The notes: generated by a model not told the origin, from the letters alone. Counted from the first letter of the stretch, positions 1 through 10,162 are shown. The stretch: 64,000 nt of DNA from an uncultured Elusimicrobia bacterium (GCA_903830945.1 CAIKVT010000024.1:11804-75803); one strand, 5' to 3'. Made by a program: numbers and translations.

Positions 1-1290
1 CCCGCTCCGGTGAGCCTGCCGGCCGCCTGGATCCAGGTTTCAGATGCGGCCCTGGCCATGGGCCGCATGGCGGACGACTTTTTCTGCCATCCCTCCGGGG
101 CGCTGACCGTCGTAGGCGTGACCGGCACCAACGGAAAAACCACCACGACCTACTTCCTTGAGTCCATCATCAGGGCCGCCGGAGGCAGGCCAGGAGTGGT
201 CGGCACCGTCGACTACCGCCTGGACGGCCGCGCCATCTCCGCCGCCCCCAACACCACGCCGGTGGCCTTGGAACTGCAACGCCTCCTGGCGCGATTCCGC
301 GACGCGGGCGCCACGTTGGCGGCTCTGGAGGTCTCCTCGCACGCACTGGCTCTCAAACGCGTGGAAGAGCTCTCCTTCGACGCGGCCGTCTTCACCAACC
401 TTGCCAGCGACCACCTGGATTTCCACAAGACCCGGGATGGATATCTGGAAGCCAAGCTCCACCTCTTTGAGCTGCTCACCAGGCCCGGCACAGCCAAACC
501 CCGCAGATTCGCGGTCATCAATGCCGACGACCCGGCCGCCCGGGCCGTAATCCGGGCCGCGGCCGGCTCAAAAATAGTGCTCTACGGCCTCCAAGCCGAA
601 GCCCAGGTCCGTGCCGCAGACCTGAAGATGGATGCTCGCGGGACCCATTTCAACATCCTGTGGGAAGGAAGGCGCCTGCCGGCGCGCATCTGCCTAACCG
701 CGCAGCACAACGTCGCCAACGCACTCGCCGCAGCCGCCGCGGCGCTGTCCTTGGGCTTCCCGGAAGAAGCGATCCTCCAGGGCCTCTGCGCCCTGGAGAG
801 CGTTCCCGGCCGGCTGGAGCCTATAGAGGCCGGCCAAGACTTCACGGTCCTGGTGGACTACGCCCACACAGCCAGCGCCGTGGAGACGGTACTGGGCCAC
901 CTCGCCCAAGTCCCGCATCGGCGCCTCATCACGGTTTTCGGCTGCGGGGGGGACCGCGACCGCTCCAAGCGCGGCCCCATGGGGGTCGCGGCTTGCGGCC
1001 GCAGCGACTTCGCTCTGCTGACCAGCGACAACCCCCGCTCCGAAGATCCCCTGGCCATCATCGCCGACATCGAGGCCGGATTGCGGACGGCAGGCCTAAA
1101 AAATTATAAGATTGAACCAGACCGCAGCCGGGCCATCGCTCTGGCCGTGAACATGGCTGGCCCCGAAGATATCGTTCTCATCGCGGGCAAGGGCCATGAA
1201 GCCGTTCAGTTGCTCAAGGACCGCGCCGAGGCCTTCGACGACCGGGAGGCCGCCCGCGAAGCATTGCGCAAGCGAAACTCGAAAAGATGA
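1..1290 (+). CDS. murE: UDP-MurNAc-tripeptide synthetase (meso-DAP type), 5' end outside the window
   Basis: GVTGTNGKTTT P-loop, EVSSH, TNLASDHLDFH, VDYAHT, GCGGDRD, DNPR (DAP specificity), AGKGHE. Frame is open from base 1. Confidence 0.96.
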   Translation, partial: PAPVSLPAAWIQVSDAALAMGRMADDFFCHPSGALTVVGVTGTNGKTTTTYFLESIIRAAGGRPGVVGTVDYRLDGRAISAAPNTTPVALELQRLLARFRDAGATLAALEVSSHALALKRVEELSFDAAVFTNLASDHLDFHKTRDGYLEAKLHLFELLTRPGTAKPRRFAVINADDPAARAVIRAAAGSKIVLYGLQAEAQVRAADLKMDARGTHFNILWEGRRLPARICLTAQHNVANALAAAAAALSLGFPEEAILQGLCALESVPGRLEPIEAGQDFTVLVDYAHTASAVETVLGHLAQVPHRRLITVFGCGGDRDRSKRGPMGVAACGRSDFALLTSDNPRSEDPLAIIADIEAGLRTAGLKNYKIEPDRSRAIALAVNMAGPEDIVLIAGKGHEAVQLLKDRAEAFDDREAAREALRKRNSKR

Positions 1291-2657
1291 AACTAGAGAT
1301 GACGTGGGACGAGCTGGCTCGGGCCGCGGGAGGCAAACTCCTGCGCGGCGATCTGGGCCGGGGTGTTGGTCCCATCTGTACGGACACCCGCACCCTCCAG
1401 GCGGGAGATGTCTTCTGGGCGCTCCAGGGCCCGCGATTCGACGCCCACGATCTGCTCACCAAGGACCTGGCCGCCAAGGCCTCGGGCTGGATCATGGCCC
1501 TGGGCAGGCTGCCGCCGTCCACCGCCGCCCCGGACCACGTCGTAGTCGTCCCGGACACCCTCAAAGCCCTGCAGGCCCTGGCCGCCCATCATCGCCGCCG
1601 CTTCGATATCCCGATAGTCGGCATCACCGGCTCCAACGGCAAGACCACGACCAAGGAAATGCTCCTTTGCATCTGCCGGCGCGTGGGAGCGACTTGCGCC
1701 ACCTTGGGCAACCACAACAACCAGATCGGCGTGCCCCTCTCCGTTCTGGAGCTGACCGAGGAACACCGCTACGGCATATTCGAGCTAGCCGATTCCAAAC
1801 CGGGCGATATCGCCGAGGTGGCGCGCATCGCGCACCCGACACTCGCGGTCATCACCAATCTTGGGCCCGACCACCTGGAGTTCTATGGGACCATGGAAAA
1901 GAACTTCCAGACAAAGGCCGAGCTCATCGAAGCATTAAGAGAAGAAGGCCAAGCAGTCATCAATATCGATGACCCCTGGCTGGCAGGCTTGGAACCCCGC
2001 CTGGGCAGCCGCGCCGTAACCTTCGGCACTAATGCGCGCGCCCGGGTGTCTCTGGCCGGAGAGGGAGAGCTCATCATCGACCGCCACCGCGTCAAAGTGG
2101 CCCTGCACACCTTCGGACTCCTGTCCCGCTACAACGCGGCTGCGGCCGCGGCTGCGGCCTGGGCCCTGGGCATCCCGCGGGAAGCCATCCGGAAAGGCCT
2201 GGAAGACTACCGGCCGGCGCACTGGCGAATGGAGCCCATGCGCCATGCCTCAGGCTGCTCGGTCATCTTCGACGCCTACAACGCCAACCCGGCCTCCATG
2301 CGGGCCGCCATCGAGGCCTTCTGCGAGGAGTTCTCCAAGCAGGCGAAGGTGCTGGTGCTGGGAGACATGCGGGAGCTCGGCCCGGAATCGACCCGGTTCC
2401 ACAAGGAGCTCGGCGAATGGCTAGCGACTTTGCCCTTGAGCGCGGTCTATCTCGCAGGCCCCGAGATCCAGCCCACTTTCCAGGCGCTCTCCGACGCCAA
2501 GCCAGGCTTCCGAGTCCGGCACGGCTCGGCCCCCGAGGCCTGGCTCGCGGACCTGCGCCGCGACTGCGCCAAGGGGACTGCCGTGCTGTTCAAGGCATCC
2601 CGCGCCATGCGCTTCGAGGACGTCGCCGCGGACCTGCAGATGCAAGCGATCTCGTGA
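1287..2657 (+). CDS. murF: UDP-MurNAc-tripeptide--D-Ala-D-Ala ligase
   Basis: GITGSNGKTTTKEM, NNQIGVPL, DAYNANPASM, VLGDMRELG, KASR. ATGA overlap with murE. Confidence 0.96.
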   Translation: MKLEMTWDELARAAGGKLLRGDLGRGVGPICTDTRTLQAGDVFWALQGPRFDAHDLLTKDLAAKASGWIMALGRLPPSTAAPDHVVVVPDTLKALQALAAHHRRRFDIPIVGITGSNGKTTTKEMLLCICRRVGATCATLGNHNNQIGVPLSVLELTEEHRYGIFELADSKPGDIAEVARIAHPTLAVITNLGPDHLEFYGTMEKNFQTKAELIEALREEGQAVINIDDPWLAGLEPRLGSRAVTFGTNARARVSLAGEGELIIDRHRVKVALHTFGLLSRYNAAAAAAAAWALGIPREAIRKGLEDYRPAHWRMEPMRHASGCSVIFDAYNANPASMRAAIEAFCEEFSKQAKVLVLGDMRELGPESTRFHKELGEWLATLPLSAVYLAGPEIQPTFQALSDAKPGFRVRHGSAPEAWLADLRRDCAKGTAVLFKASRAMRFEDVAADLQMQAIS

Positions 2658-2664
2658 ACCAGAG

Positions 2665-3750
2665 ATGCTCCACTATCTAGCCTCCCTGCGGCCCCTCTGG
2701 GGAGCGCTCAACGTCTTCCAGTACATCACCTTCCGGGCCGGAGGCGCGGCGCTGACCTCACTGGCCGCCTCGCTGCTGCTGGGGCCGCGGCTCATCAAGT
2801 CGCTGCGCGCCCGCAAGATCGGACAGGTCCAACGCACGGACGGGCCCCAGAGCCACCTCAGCAAGCACGGCACCCCCACCATGGGCGGCTTGCTCATCTT
2901 CCTCACTTTGGCGGGCTCGGCCCTGCTCTGGATGCGCTGGGACAACCGCTTCACCTGGCTGCTGCTGGGCGTCACCGTCATCCTGGCCGCGGTCGGCTTC
3001 TGGGACGACTACGCCAAGCTCGTCCTCAAGGACCCGCGGGGCATCCCTTCGCGCACCAAGTTCATCGTGCAAGTGGGTCTGGCCCTGGCCGTGGTCCTAT
3101 ATTTGGCGGTATCTCCGCCCAACGCACAGTTCTCCACGACCGTCAACGTCCCCTACGCCAAAGAGCTCTTCTGGGACCTGCGCACCCTCTACTTCGTCCT
3201 GGCCGCGCTCATGATCGTGGGCTCCTCCAACGCCGTCAACCTCACCGACGGCCTCGACGGACTCGCGGCGGGCAGCATCATCTCCTGCGCCATCACCTAC
3301 GGGGCCTTCGCCTACGTGTCCGGCAACGTCAAGTTCGCGGCCTACCTGCGCATCATCCACGTCGAGGGCGCGGGAGAGATCACCGTTCTACTGGCGGCCC
3401 TGGCCGGCGCCTGCCTAGGATTTTTATGGTTCAACTCCTACCCGGCCCAGATGTTCATGGGCGACACCGGCTCGCTCTTCCTGGGCGGCATCATCGCCGT
3501 GGTCTCGCTGTGCGTCAAGCAGGAGCTCCTGCTGCCCGTCGTGGGCGGTGTCTTCGTCGTGGAAACGCTCTCCGTCATCCTGCAGATGAGCTCCTACAAG
3601 CTGCGCAAAGGCAAGCGCATCTTCAAAATGGCCCCGCTGCATCATCATTTCGAGTTGATCGGGGTGGCCGAGCCCAAGGTCACGGTACGGTTCTGGATCG
3701 TGAGCATCGTGCTCATGCTCGCGGCCCTGGCCTCCCTGAAGATCCGATGA
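2665..3750 (+). CDS. mraY: Phospho-MurNAc-pentapeptide transferase
   Basis: KHGTPTMGG, DDYAK, NAVNLTDGLDGLA, FMGDTGS, MAPLHHHFE; multiple TM helices. Confidence 0.97.
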   Translation: MLHYLASLRPLWGALNVFQYITFRAGGAALTSLAASLLLGPRLIKSLRARKIGQVQRTDGPQSHLSKHGTPTMGGLLIFLTLAGSALLWMRWDNRFTWLLLGVTVILAAVGFWDDYAKLVLKDPRGIPSRTKFIVQVGLALAVVLYLAVSPPNAQFSTTVNVPYAKELFWDLRTLYFVLAALMIVGSSNAVNLTDGLDGLAAGSIISCAITYGAFAYVSGNVKFAAYLRIIHVEGAGEITVLLAALAGACLGFLWFNSYPAQMFMGDTGSLFLGGIIAVVSLCVKQELLLPVVGGVFVVETLSVILQMSSYKLRKGKRIFKMAPLHHHFELIGVAEPKVTVRFWIVSIVLMLAALASLKIR

Positions 3751-5111
3751 GCTTCATCCCCAAGGCGTACCGCGGCAAGACAGCGGCCATCCTCGGCCTG
3801 GGGAAATCCGGGCTGGCGGTCGCGCGGCTGCTCCAGGGAAAGGGCTTCAAGGTCTTGGTCAGCGACAAAAGGCCCCGCAAGGATGTCAAAGCCGCGCTCG
3901 GCCGCCTGGCCGCCCGCGTCCACTATGAAGGGGGCGGCCACAGCGCCCACCTGCGCAAGGCCGCCTTCGCGGTGAAGAGCCCGGGCCTGCCCTCCGGCGC
4001 GCCCATCCTGGCGGAGCTGCGCGAGGCTCACGTCCCCGTCTTCAGCGAGCTGGAGACCGCCCTGGCCTTCTGCGCCACATCCGACATCATCGCCATCACG
4101 GGAACCAACGGCAAGACCACGACCACGGCTCTATGCGCCGAGATCTTCCGCGCCGGCCTGCCGCGCGGCCGGCGCGCCCTGATGGCCGGCAACATCGGCA
4201 CGCCGGTCTCCGAAGCGGTCCAGCAGGCCAAAGGCAAGGACGCACTGGTCCTGGAGGTCTCCAGCTACCAGCTCGAGGACAGCCGCTCCTTCCATCCCCG
4301 GGCCGCAGCCTTGCTCAACATCACCACTGACCACGTCGACCACCACGGCAGCATGCAGGCCTACATCGAGGCCAAGGTCAAGGTCTTTAACGAGCAGCGA
4401 GAGGATGATTTCTGCGTGTTCAACGCGGAGGACCCCTTGGTCCGGAAACTCTCGCGGCGCTGCCATTGCCGCCGGCTCTATTTCGGCGGGAAGGGCGCCT
4501 ACAGCCATGCCTGGGTCGAAGGCGGGAAGATCAAGGTCCGGCTGCCCGGAGAAAAACCCGCGGCCTTCGTCCCTCCCTCCCTGCCCGGAGCCCACAATCT
4601 AGAGAACGCCATGGCCGCGGTCCTGCTCGGCCTGGGCTGGGGCCTCAAACCCATGGCCATCCAGAAAGCCCTCAAATCATTCCGGGGCGTGCCGCACCGC
4701 CTGGAAGAGGCGGGCACGGTACGCGGCATCCGCTGCGTCAACGATTCCAAAGCCACCAACGTGGACTCCACCATGGTGGCGCTCAAGACATTCTCTCAGA
4801 AGAGCGTATTGCTGATCCTGGGAGGCCTGCACAAGGGCAGCCCTTACAACCCCCTGCAGTCACTCATTGGATCCGTGGTCAAGGGCATACTGACCATCGG
4901 CAGCGCCGCGGCCAAGGTGGAGGATGACCTGAGCGGCCTGGCGCCCATCTTCCCCTGCGGGGACCTCAAAACCGCCTTCGCAACGGCTCTTGATATCGGG
5001 GCCCCGGGAGATGTGCTCCTGCTTTCGCCGGCCTGCGCTTCCTTCGACCAGTTCCGGGACTTCGAGGACCGCGGCGACCAGTTCAAAGCCCTGGTCAAAG
5101 CCGCCAGGTAA
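3747..5111 (+). CDS. murD: UDP-MurNAc-L-Ala--D-Glu ligase
   Basis: GLGKSG, ITGTNGKTTT, EVSSYQL, NDSKATN, LLSPACASFDQF. Start moved to the ATG at 3747 overlapping the mraY stop. Confidence 0.96.
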   Translation: MSFIPKAYRGKTAAILGLGKSGLAVARLLQGKGFKVLVSDKRPRKDVKAALGRLAARVHYEGGGHSAHLRKAAFAVKSPGLPSGAPILAELREAHVPVFSELETALAFCATSDIIAITGTNGKTTTTALCAEIFRAGLPRGRRALMAGNIGTPVSEAVQQAKGKDALVLEVSSYQLEDSRSFHPRAAALLNITTDHVDHHGSMQAYIEAKVKVFNEQREDDFCVFNAEDPLVRKLSRRCHCRRLYFGGKGAYSHAWVEGGKIKVRLPGEKPAAFVPPSLPGAHNLENAMAAVLLGLGWGLKPMAIQKALKSFRGVPHRLEEAGTVRGIRCVNDSKATNVDSTMVALKTFSQKSVLLILGGLHKGSPYNPLQSLIGSVVKGILTIGSAAAKVEDDLSGLAPIFPCGDLKTAFATALDIGAPGDVLLLSPACASFDQFRDFEDRGDQFKALVKAAR

Positions 5112-5114
5112 CCC

Positions 5115-6290
5115 TTGCGGCGCAAGAACCCGAACGACTACGCGCTTCTGGCCCTCATCCTGGTGCTCCTTCTCGGCGGCCTGATCATGATCTTCTCCGC
5201 CAGCGCCAGTGTGGCTGAGAAAAAGTTTGGAGCGCCGTGGTTCTTCTTCAAGCGCCAGTTGCTCTGGGCGGTTCTGGGCTTAGGCGCCATGAGGTTCTTC
5301 AGCCGCCTCAACTACAACCGGCTCAAAGAGTGGGTCTGGCCGGTCTTCTTCATCACCGCCGTGACCCTCGGGGCGGTGCTGCTGGCCCCAGCCAGGGAAA
5401 ACGTCCACCGTTGGCTGCCCTTGGGACCCTTCACCTTGCAGCCTTCGGAGTTCGCCAAGTACACGGCCGTGCTGTTCTTGGCCTATTACCTGGACCGCAG
5501 GCACTCGCAGGCCGCCTCGCCAGTCCGAGGATTGGTGGTGCCGGGCGTGGTGGTCTCGGTGCTTCTGCTGCTCATCGCGGCGGAACCGGACCTGGGCACC
5601 CCGATTTTGATCTTCAGCGTAACGGTCCTACTGCTCTGGCTGGGCGGAGGCAGGCTCCTCTACCTCCTGGGGGCCGGGGCCCTGGCCGTGCCCGCGGTGG
5701 CGCTCGAAATACTCCGTCATCCCTATCGGCTGGCGCGCGTCGTCCATTATGTCTCCACCCTGCGCGGCGGCTCCGAGGCCAGCTATCAACTGGAACAGGC
5801 CGTCCTGGCAGTGGGCTCTGGAGGCTGGCTGGGCAAGGGCATCGGCGCCTCAGAGCTCAAGCTCGGCTACCTCCCGACTCCGCATACGGATTTCATCTTC
5901 CCGGTGATCTGTGAGGAACTGGGACTCGTGGGAGCTCTGGCGCTCTTAGGGCTCTTCGCGGCGTTTCTAATACGGGGCTTGCGTGTGGCCAGAAGCGCGC
6001 CTAACCTCTTCGGGTCCCTGCTGGCCGCAGGCATCACGCTCACCATCTGTCTGCAGGCCTTCATCAACGCCTGCATGTCCATCGGCCTGCTGCCCACAAA
6101 GGGCATGCCCATGCCCTTCATCTCCTACGGCGGCTCATCGCTTCTCGTGACCTTATGCGCAGCCGGCGTCCTGCTCAACATCTCTCGGCAGTCCTCGCTG
6201 CACTCGCGCTACACGGCGCACGGGCCGCCATCGGTGAGCAAGGACGGGCCGTGGTCAGGCGCCGGGGGCCTGCCTGGGCGGAACCCATGA
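5115..6290 (+). CDS. ftsW: SEDS peptidoglycan glycosyltransferase FtsW
   Basis: RWLPLGPFTLQPSEFAK, EPDLGT, PHTDFIF, EELG, PFISYGGSS; dcw position. Confidence 0.94.
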   Translation: MRRKNPNDYALLALILVLLLGGLIMIFSASASVAEKKFGAPWFFFKRQLLWAVLGLGAMRFFSRLNYNRLKEWVWPVFFITAVTLGAVLLAPARENVHRWLPLGPFTLQPSEFAKYTAVLFLAYYLDRRHSQAASPVRGLVVPGVVVSVLLLLIAAEPDLGTPILIFSVTVLLLWLGGGRLLYLLGAGALAVPAVALEILRHPYRLARVVHYVSTLRGGSEASYQLEQAVLAVGSGGWLGKGIGASELKLGYLPTPHTDFIFPVICEELGLVGALALLGLFAAFLIRGLRVARSAPNLFGSLLAAGITLTICLQAFINACMSIGLLPTKGMPMPFISYGGSSLLVTLCAAGVLLNISRQSSLHSRYTAHGPPSVSKDGPWSGAGGLPGRNP

Positions 6291-7450
6291 GCGAGCGCGT
6301 CGTCTCTTCCGGGAAAGGAGAGAGCCAGCCCTCCAGGGACGATACGCCCAAACGCATCGTCATCGCGGCAGGGGGGACCGGCGGACATTTCTATCCGGGC
6401 CTCGTCCTGGCCCAGACCCTCCGACAGCGCGGCTGGCAGCCGCTGATGCTCGTGCGCGTCGACGACCCGGCCCTGTTTCGACTCGAGGCCGAAGGCATCC
6501 CGGCGGTACCGCTCGATCTCCAAGGTCTCTCCCGCCGTCCCGGGCCCGGTTGGGCCTTGTTCTCCTGGAAACTGGCCCGCTCTCTGCGCCTGGCCGGCCG
6601 CATCCTGCGTGACTTCAAGCCCGACGTCGCAGTCGGCATGGGAGGCTATCTGACCTTCCCGGCCGCATTCGCGGCCCGGCGGCGCGGCGTGCCCTGTGCG
6701 GTGCACGAGTCCAACGCGGTCCTGGGCCTAGCCAATCGCGCCAGCGTCGCCTTGGGCGCGACACTGCTGCGCGGTCTGCCTCCGGCGCCAGGCGAAGCAG
6801 CCGGGCAGCTCACCGGCACCCCAGTGCGTCCCACGCTCTGGTCTCCGGCAGACGCCGCCGCGGCCCGTCGGGACCTGGGGCTGGAACCCGGCCTTCCCAC
6901 AGTCCTGGTCTTCGGCGGCAGCCAAGGCGCCCGCGGCATCAATCAGGCAGCGCCAACGGCGCTGGCCCAGGCCGCGTCCGTCATCGCCGGAGGGATCCAG
7001 GTCCTCCACCTGGCCGGCTTCAAATCGGCCTCTGAGGTGACAGGCCTCTACTCCAAAGCCGGATTCGCGCAAGCGCACGTCAAGGTCCTGCCCTATCTCG
7101 ATTCCATGGAAAAAGGATACGCGGCGGCGGACCTCGTCGTCAGCCGCGCCGGAGCCAGCACGATTGCGGAACTCGCCGGCCTGCGCAAGCCGGCCATACT
7201 CGTTCCTTATCCACACGCCACCAGACGCCATCAAGACGCCAATGCGGCTCTGCTCGCCGCGGCTGGAGCCGCCCGGATCGTGCCCGAGGCCGAGCTGGAC
7301 TCTCGCTTGGCCGTAGAACTGCGCAGCGCATTGGCCTCGCCGGCCGGCCTGCGGGACATGGCCGCCGCCTACGGACGGCTCGGGCTTCCCTGCGGCGCGG
7401 ATGCCGTGCGGCGCCTGGCCGATGCCATAGAGAGGATATCCCTACGATAA
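6287..7450 (+). CDS. murG: Lipid II GlcNAc transferase
   Basis: AGGTGGH, GMGGY, HESNAVLG, GGSQGA, SRAGAST, HQDANA. ATG at 6287 overlaps the ftsW stop. Confidence 0.95.
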   Translation: MSERVVSSGKGESQPSRDDTPKRIVIAAGGTGGHFYPGLVLAQTLRQRGWQPLMLVRVDDPALFRLEAEGIPAVPLDLQGLSRRPGPGWALFSWKLARSLRLAGRILRDFKPDVAVGMGGYLTFPAAFAARRRGVPCAVHESNAVLGLANRASVALGATLLRGLPPAPGEAAGQLTGTPVRPTLWSPADAAAARRDLGLEPGLPTVLVFGGSQGARGINQAAPTALAQAASVIAGGIQVLHLAGFKSASEVTGLYSKAGFAQAHVKVLPYLDSMEKGYAAADLVVSRAGASTIAELAGLRKPAILVPYPHATRRHQDANAALLAAAGAARIVPEAELDSRLAVELRSALASPAGLRDMAAAYGRLGLPCGADAVRRLADAIERISLR

Positions 7451-8196
7451 AAAAACGACTGCGCATACTCGTGACCAACGACGACGGAATACATGGCCCG
7501 GGCCTGCGGCCCCTGATCGCGGCCATGCAAGGCCTGGGAACCGTGGTCGCCGTGGTCCCGGACCAGGAACGCTCCGCGGACAGCCACAGCCTGACCCTGC
7601 ACAAACCCATCCGCGTCTACCGCATCGCCGACGGCATCGTCACGGTCAGCGGCAGCCCGGCGGACTGCGCCCGCTTCGGAGTGCTCAGAGAGATGAAGGG
7701 CTTGGTGGACTTGGTCGTCTCCGGCATCAACCACGGCTACAACCTGGGGGAGGACATCATCTACTCCGGGACCGTAGCCGCGGCCCGGGAAGCGCGCATT
7801 CTCGGGATACCGGCCGTCGCCTTCTCCCAGGACCCGGGCCAGCGCTCCTACGAGGCCGCAGCCGCGTTCGCCCGGGATCTGGCGCGCCAGATCCTCAGCC
7901 GAGGCCTGCCCCCGGGCGTCATCCTCAACGTGAACTTCCCCAAGCCCCGGCGTGAAGGATTCCGGGGCGCCCAAGCCGCGCGCCTAGGCCAACGCATCTA
8001 TTCCAACAGCATCGACCGGCGCTCCGACCCCCGGGGCCGGACCTACTATTGGATGGGCGGCAGCCGGGCGCGCTGGGTAAAACTCCCGGGCACCGACGTG
8101 GCCGCTGTCGCGGCCGGCCGGATCTCGGTGACGCCCCTGCACCTCGACCAGACCGACCGCCCCATGCTCGCGGCCCTCAAGGGATGGCGCTTCTAG
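7447..8196 (+). CDS. surE: 5'/3'-nucleotidase SurE (start probably non-canonical ATA at 7447; first canonical start is GTG at 7471)
   Basis: RILVTNDDG, GSPADC, SGINHGYNLG, YSGTVAAA, ISVTPL. Confidence 0.93.
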   Translation: MKKRLRILVTNDDGIHGPGLRPLIAAMQGLGTVVAVVPDQERSADSHSLTLHKPIRVYRIADGIVTVSGSPADCARFGVLREMKGLVDLVVSGINHGYNLGEDIIYSGTVAAAREARILGIPAVAFSQDPGQRSYEAAAAFARDLARQILSRGLPPGVILNVNFPKPRREGFRGAQAARLGQRIYSNSIDRRSDPRGRTYYWMGGSRARWVKLPGTDVAAVAAGRISVTPLHLDQTDRPMLAALKGWRF

Positions 8197-9227
8197 GACA
8201 CGGCTGCGCGGCCCTCGGCGCGGCGCTCTGGCTCGCCGGCACGGCACAGGCTCAGCAGGCTTCCACGGCCGCCGCCGTCACGGCGTCCAGTGAAGCCGCA
8301 GTCGCCACCCTCACCGCGGTGGGCGACATCCGCCTCGACGGTCCTGTCGGAGAGATCATCCGGCGCGACGGGGCGGCCGCGCCCACGGCGGCCGTGCGGG
8401 ACCGGCTGCAAGCCGACATCGTCTTCGGCAATCTGGAGTGCCCGCTGACCCAAGGCGGTGTCCGAGCGCTGGGCAAGACCTGGACCTTCCGCGCACCGGC
8501 GCGCAGCCTGGAGGCGCTCAAGGCCGCGGGCTTCAACCTCCTCAATATCGCCAACAACCATGTCATGGACTACGGCCCGCAAGGTTTCCGCGACACCTTG
8601 GCGGCGTTGGAGGCTGCGGGCCTGCCTTTCATCGGCGGGGGCAAAGACCGCGCCGAGGCGGAAAGACTCCGCGTGGTCGAGGTCAGGGGTCTGCGGGTGG
8701 GATTGATTGGATTTACGTCCACCTTCCCGGAATCTGCTTGGGCCGGACCGAGCAAGCCAGGCGTGGCCTACAGCGATTATGACCGCGCGGGGGGGCTCAT
8801 CCGGCAAGCGCGAAGCCTCTGCGACGTACTGGTCGTATCCTTCCATGGCGGCACGGAGCTGGCCGTCGAGCCTAACGACGTGCAGAAGGCGTTCGCGCGC
8901 CTGGCCATCGATGCCGGCGCCGACGTATTCCTCGGCCACCATCCGCATGTCATCCAGCCGATGGAGATCTACAAGGGCAAACCGATCATCTATAGCCTGG
9001 GGAACTTCCTTTTCGTCTCGCCACACTCCGAGACGCGCCTGACCGTCGCGGCCCGCATCCGGCTCTCAACCAGCGGAGTCGAGAGCATCGACTTCCTGCC
9101 CCTGGACACGGACTGGGGGCGTCTTATCCCGGCCACCGCGGCCCAGCGCGCGGAGCTCTTGAGCGCCTTGGACCGCACCGGGGCGATCAGCGCGCAGCCG
9201 CAGAAGTTCCGGTTCGTCGAACCATAG
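8184..9227 (+). CDS. CapA/PGA_cap family metallophosphoesterase, secreted
   Basis: Signal peptide ending AQA; VGDI, GNLECPL, ANNHVMDYG, SFHGG, GHHPHV, YSLGNF. Confidence 0.88.
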   Translation: MALLGHGCAALGAALWLAGTAQAQQASTAAAVTASSEAAVATLTAVGDIRLDGPVGEIIRRDGAAAPTAAVRDRLQADIVFGNLECPLTQGGVRALGKTWTFRAPARSLEALKAAGFNLLNIANNHVMDYGPQGFRDTLAALEAAGLPFIGGGKDRAEAERLRVVEVRGLRVGLIGFTSTFPESAWAGPSKPGVAYSDYDRAGGLIRQARSLCDVLVVSFHGGTELAVEPNDVQKAFARLAIDAGADVFLGHHPHVIQPMEIYKGKPIIYSLGNFLFVSPHSETRLTVAARIRLSTSGVESIDFLPLDTDWGRLIPATAAQRAELLSALDRTGAISAQPQKFRFVEP

Positions 9228-9228
9228 G

Positions 9229-10110
9229 CTATTGGCTGGACATGGACATCTGCTGACGGCAGGCGTCCAGCAGGTCATGGGAATGCCCGCGCAGGCAGCG
9301 CACTAGAGACGCGGGGTTGGCCTTCTCCTCGTTGCAGAACATGCCTATCTCTCCGCCGCAGGCCTGCAAGAGGGCCTCCATGTCGGGCTTGTCGGTCTTA
9401 AAACGGCGGGAACCAGCCGCAACCGCGACGCCGCTCTTGACCGTGCAATAGGCCCCGAACGACACGTCCTGCGCGGATGTGTGCAGAGAACCGAGGTGCT
9501 CGAGTTCCCTGCGCAGACGCTGCAGCAAGGCCGCCTCTGGCTGGCCCTGCCGGGCGGCAATCTCGAAGGATGGCGTGACGTCGGGATGCAAGGTCACCTG
9601 CACCGAGACCTGGCAGTCCCGTCCACTGTCGGCCAGCACGGCCTGGGCCTTCTTGAACACCCAGCCCGCGTAGGTACCCAAGGTCTGACTAGGGACGTTT
9701 TTCTCGGCCACGGGAGCCGCGGTAAGCAAGACGACCCGAGCAAGCGCGACCTTCTCGCCGCTGACGGCGCGCGCCTCGCTGAAGGCATGGTCCAAAGCCC
9801 ACTGTGCCCCGAGGCCCGCAGGATCCGCCCCCGCGGGAGCCTTGGACCCATGACCGCCGAACATCCACAGGGCACCTGAGACGATGAGCAAGGTAGCCGA
9901 CGCGGCGCCGACGACGACTACGATCTGACGCCAAGGCAATGAGGGGGACTTCACCGGGATCGGCTGCTGGCGCTCCAAAGTGAGCTTCGGCGCAGGCTGA
10001 GCCGGCGCCGACTCAAGCGCGGCCGATTCGATTTTCAGGAGCACCGAATAACAGCCGAGGCAGCACACCGCGTCATCAGGATTCTCGTTGTTGCATTTCG
10101 AACAGCGCAT
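9229..10110 (-). CDS. Zinc-ribbon membrane protein with a C-terminal cysteine-rich domain
   Basis: N-terminal CSKC..CLGC, one TM helix, C-terminal AC..FC..RCL..AC. SD GGAGGTG and TATAAT upstream on the minus strand. Confidence 0.7.
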   Translation of the reverse strand: MRCSKCNNENPDDAVCCLGCYSVLLKIESAALESAPAQPAPKLTLERQQPIPVKSPSLPWRQIVVVVGAASATLLIVSGALWMFGGHGSKAPAGADPAGLGAQWALDHAFSEARAVSGEKVALARVVLLTAAPVAEKNVPSQTLGTYAGWVFKKAQAVLADSGRDCQVSVQVTLHPDVTPSFEIAARQGQPEAALLQRLRRELEHLGSLHTSAQDVSFGAYCTVKSGVAVAAGSRRFKTDKPDMEALLQACGGEIGMFCNEEKANPASLVRCLRGHSHDLLDACRQQMSMSSQ

Positions 10111-10162
10111 GGCGCACCTCCGCGAAGGCTGCTTTATTATAGCGCTTCTGGAATTCCTCAAG

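Noticed and set aside
8184-9227. Poly-gamma-glutamate capsule locus
   Set aside because: No capB/capC; stand-alone CapA-family proteins are common.
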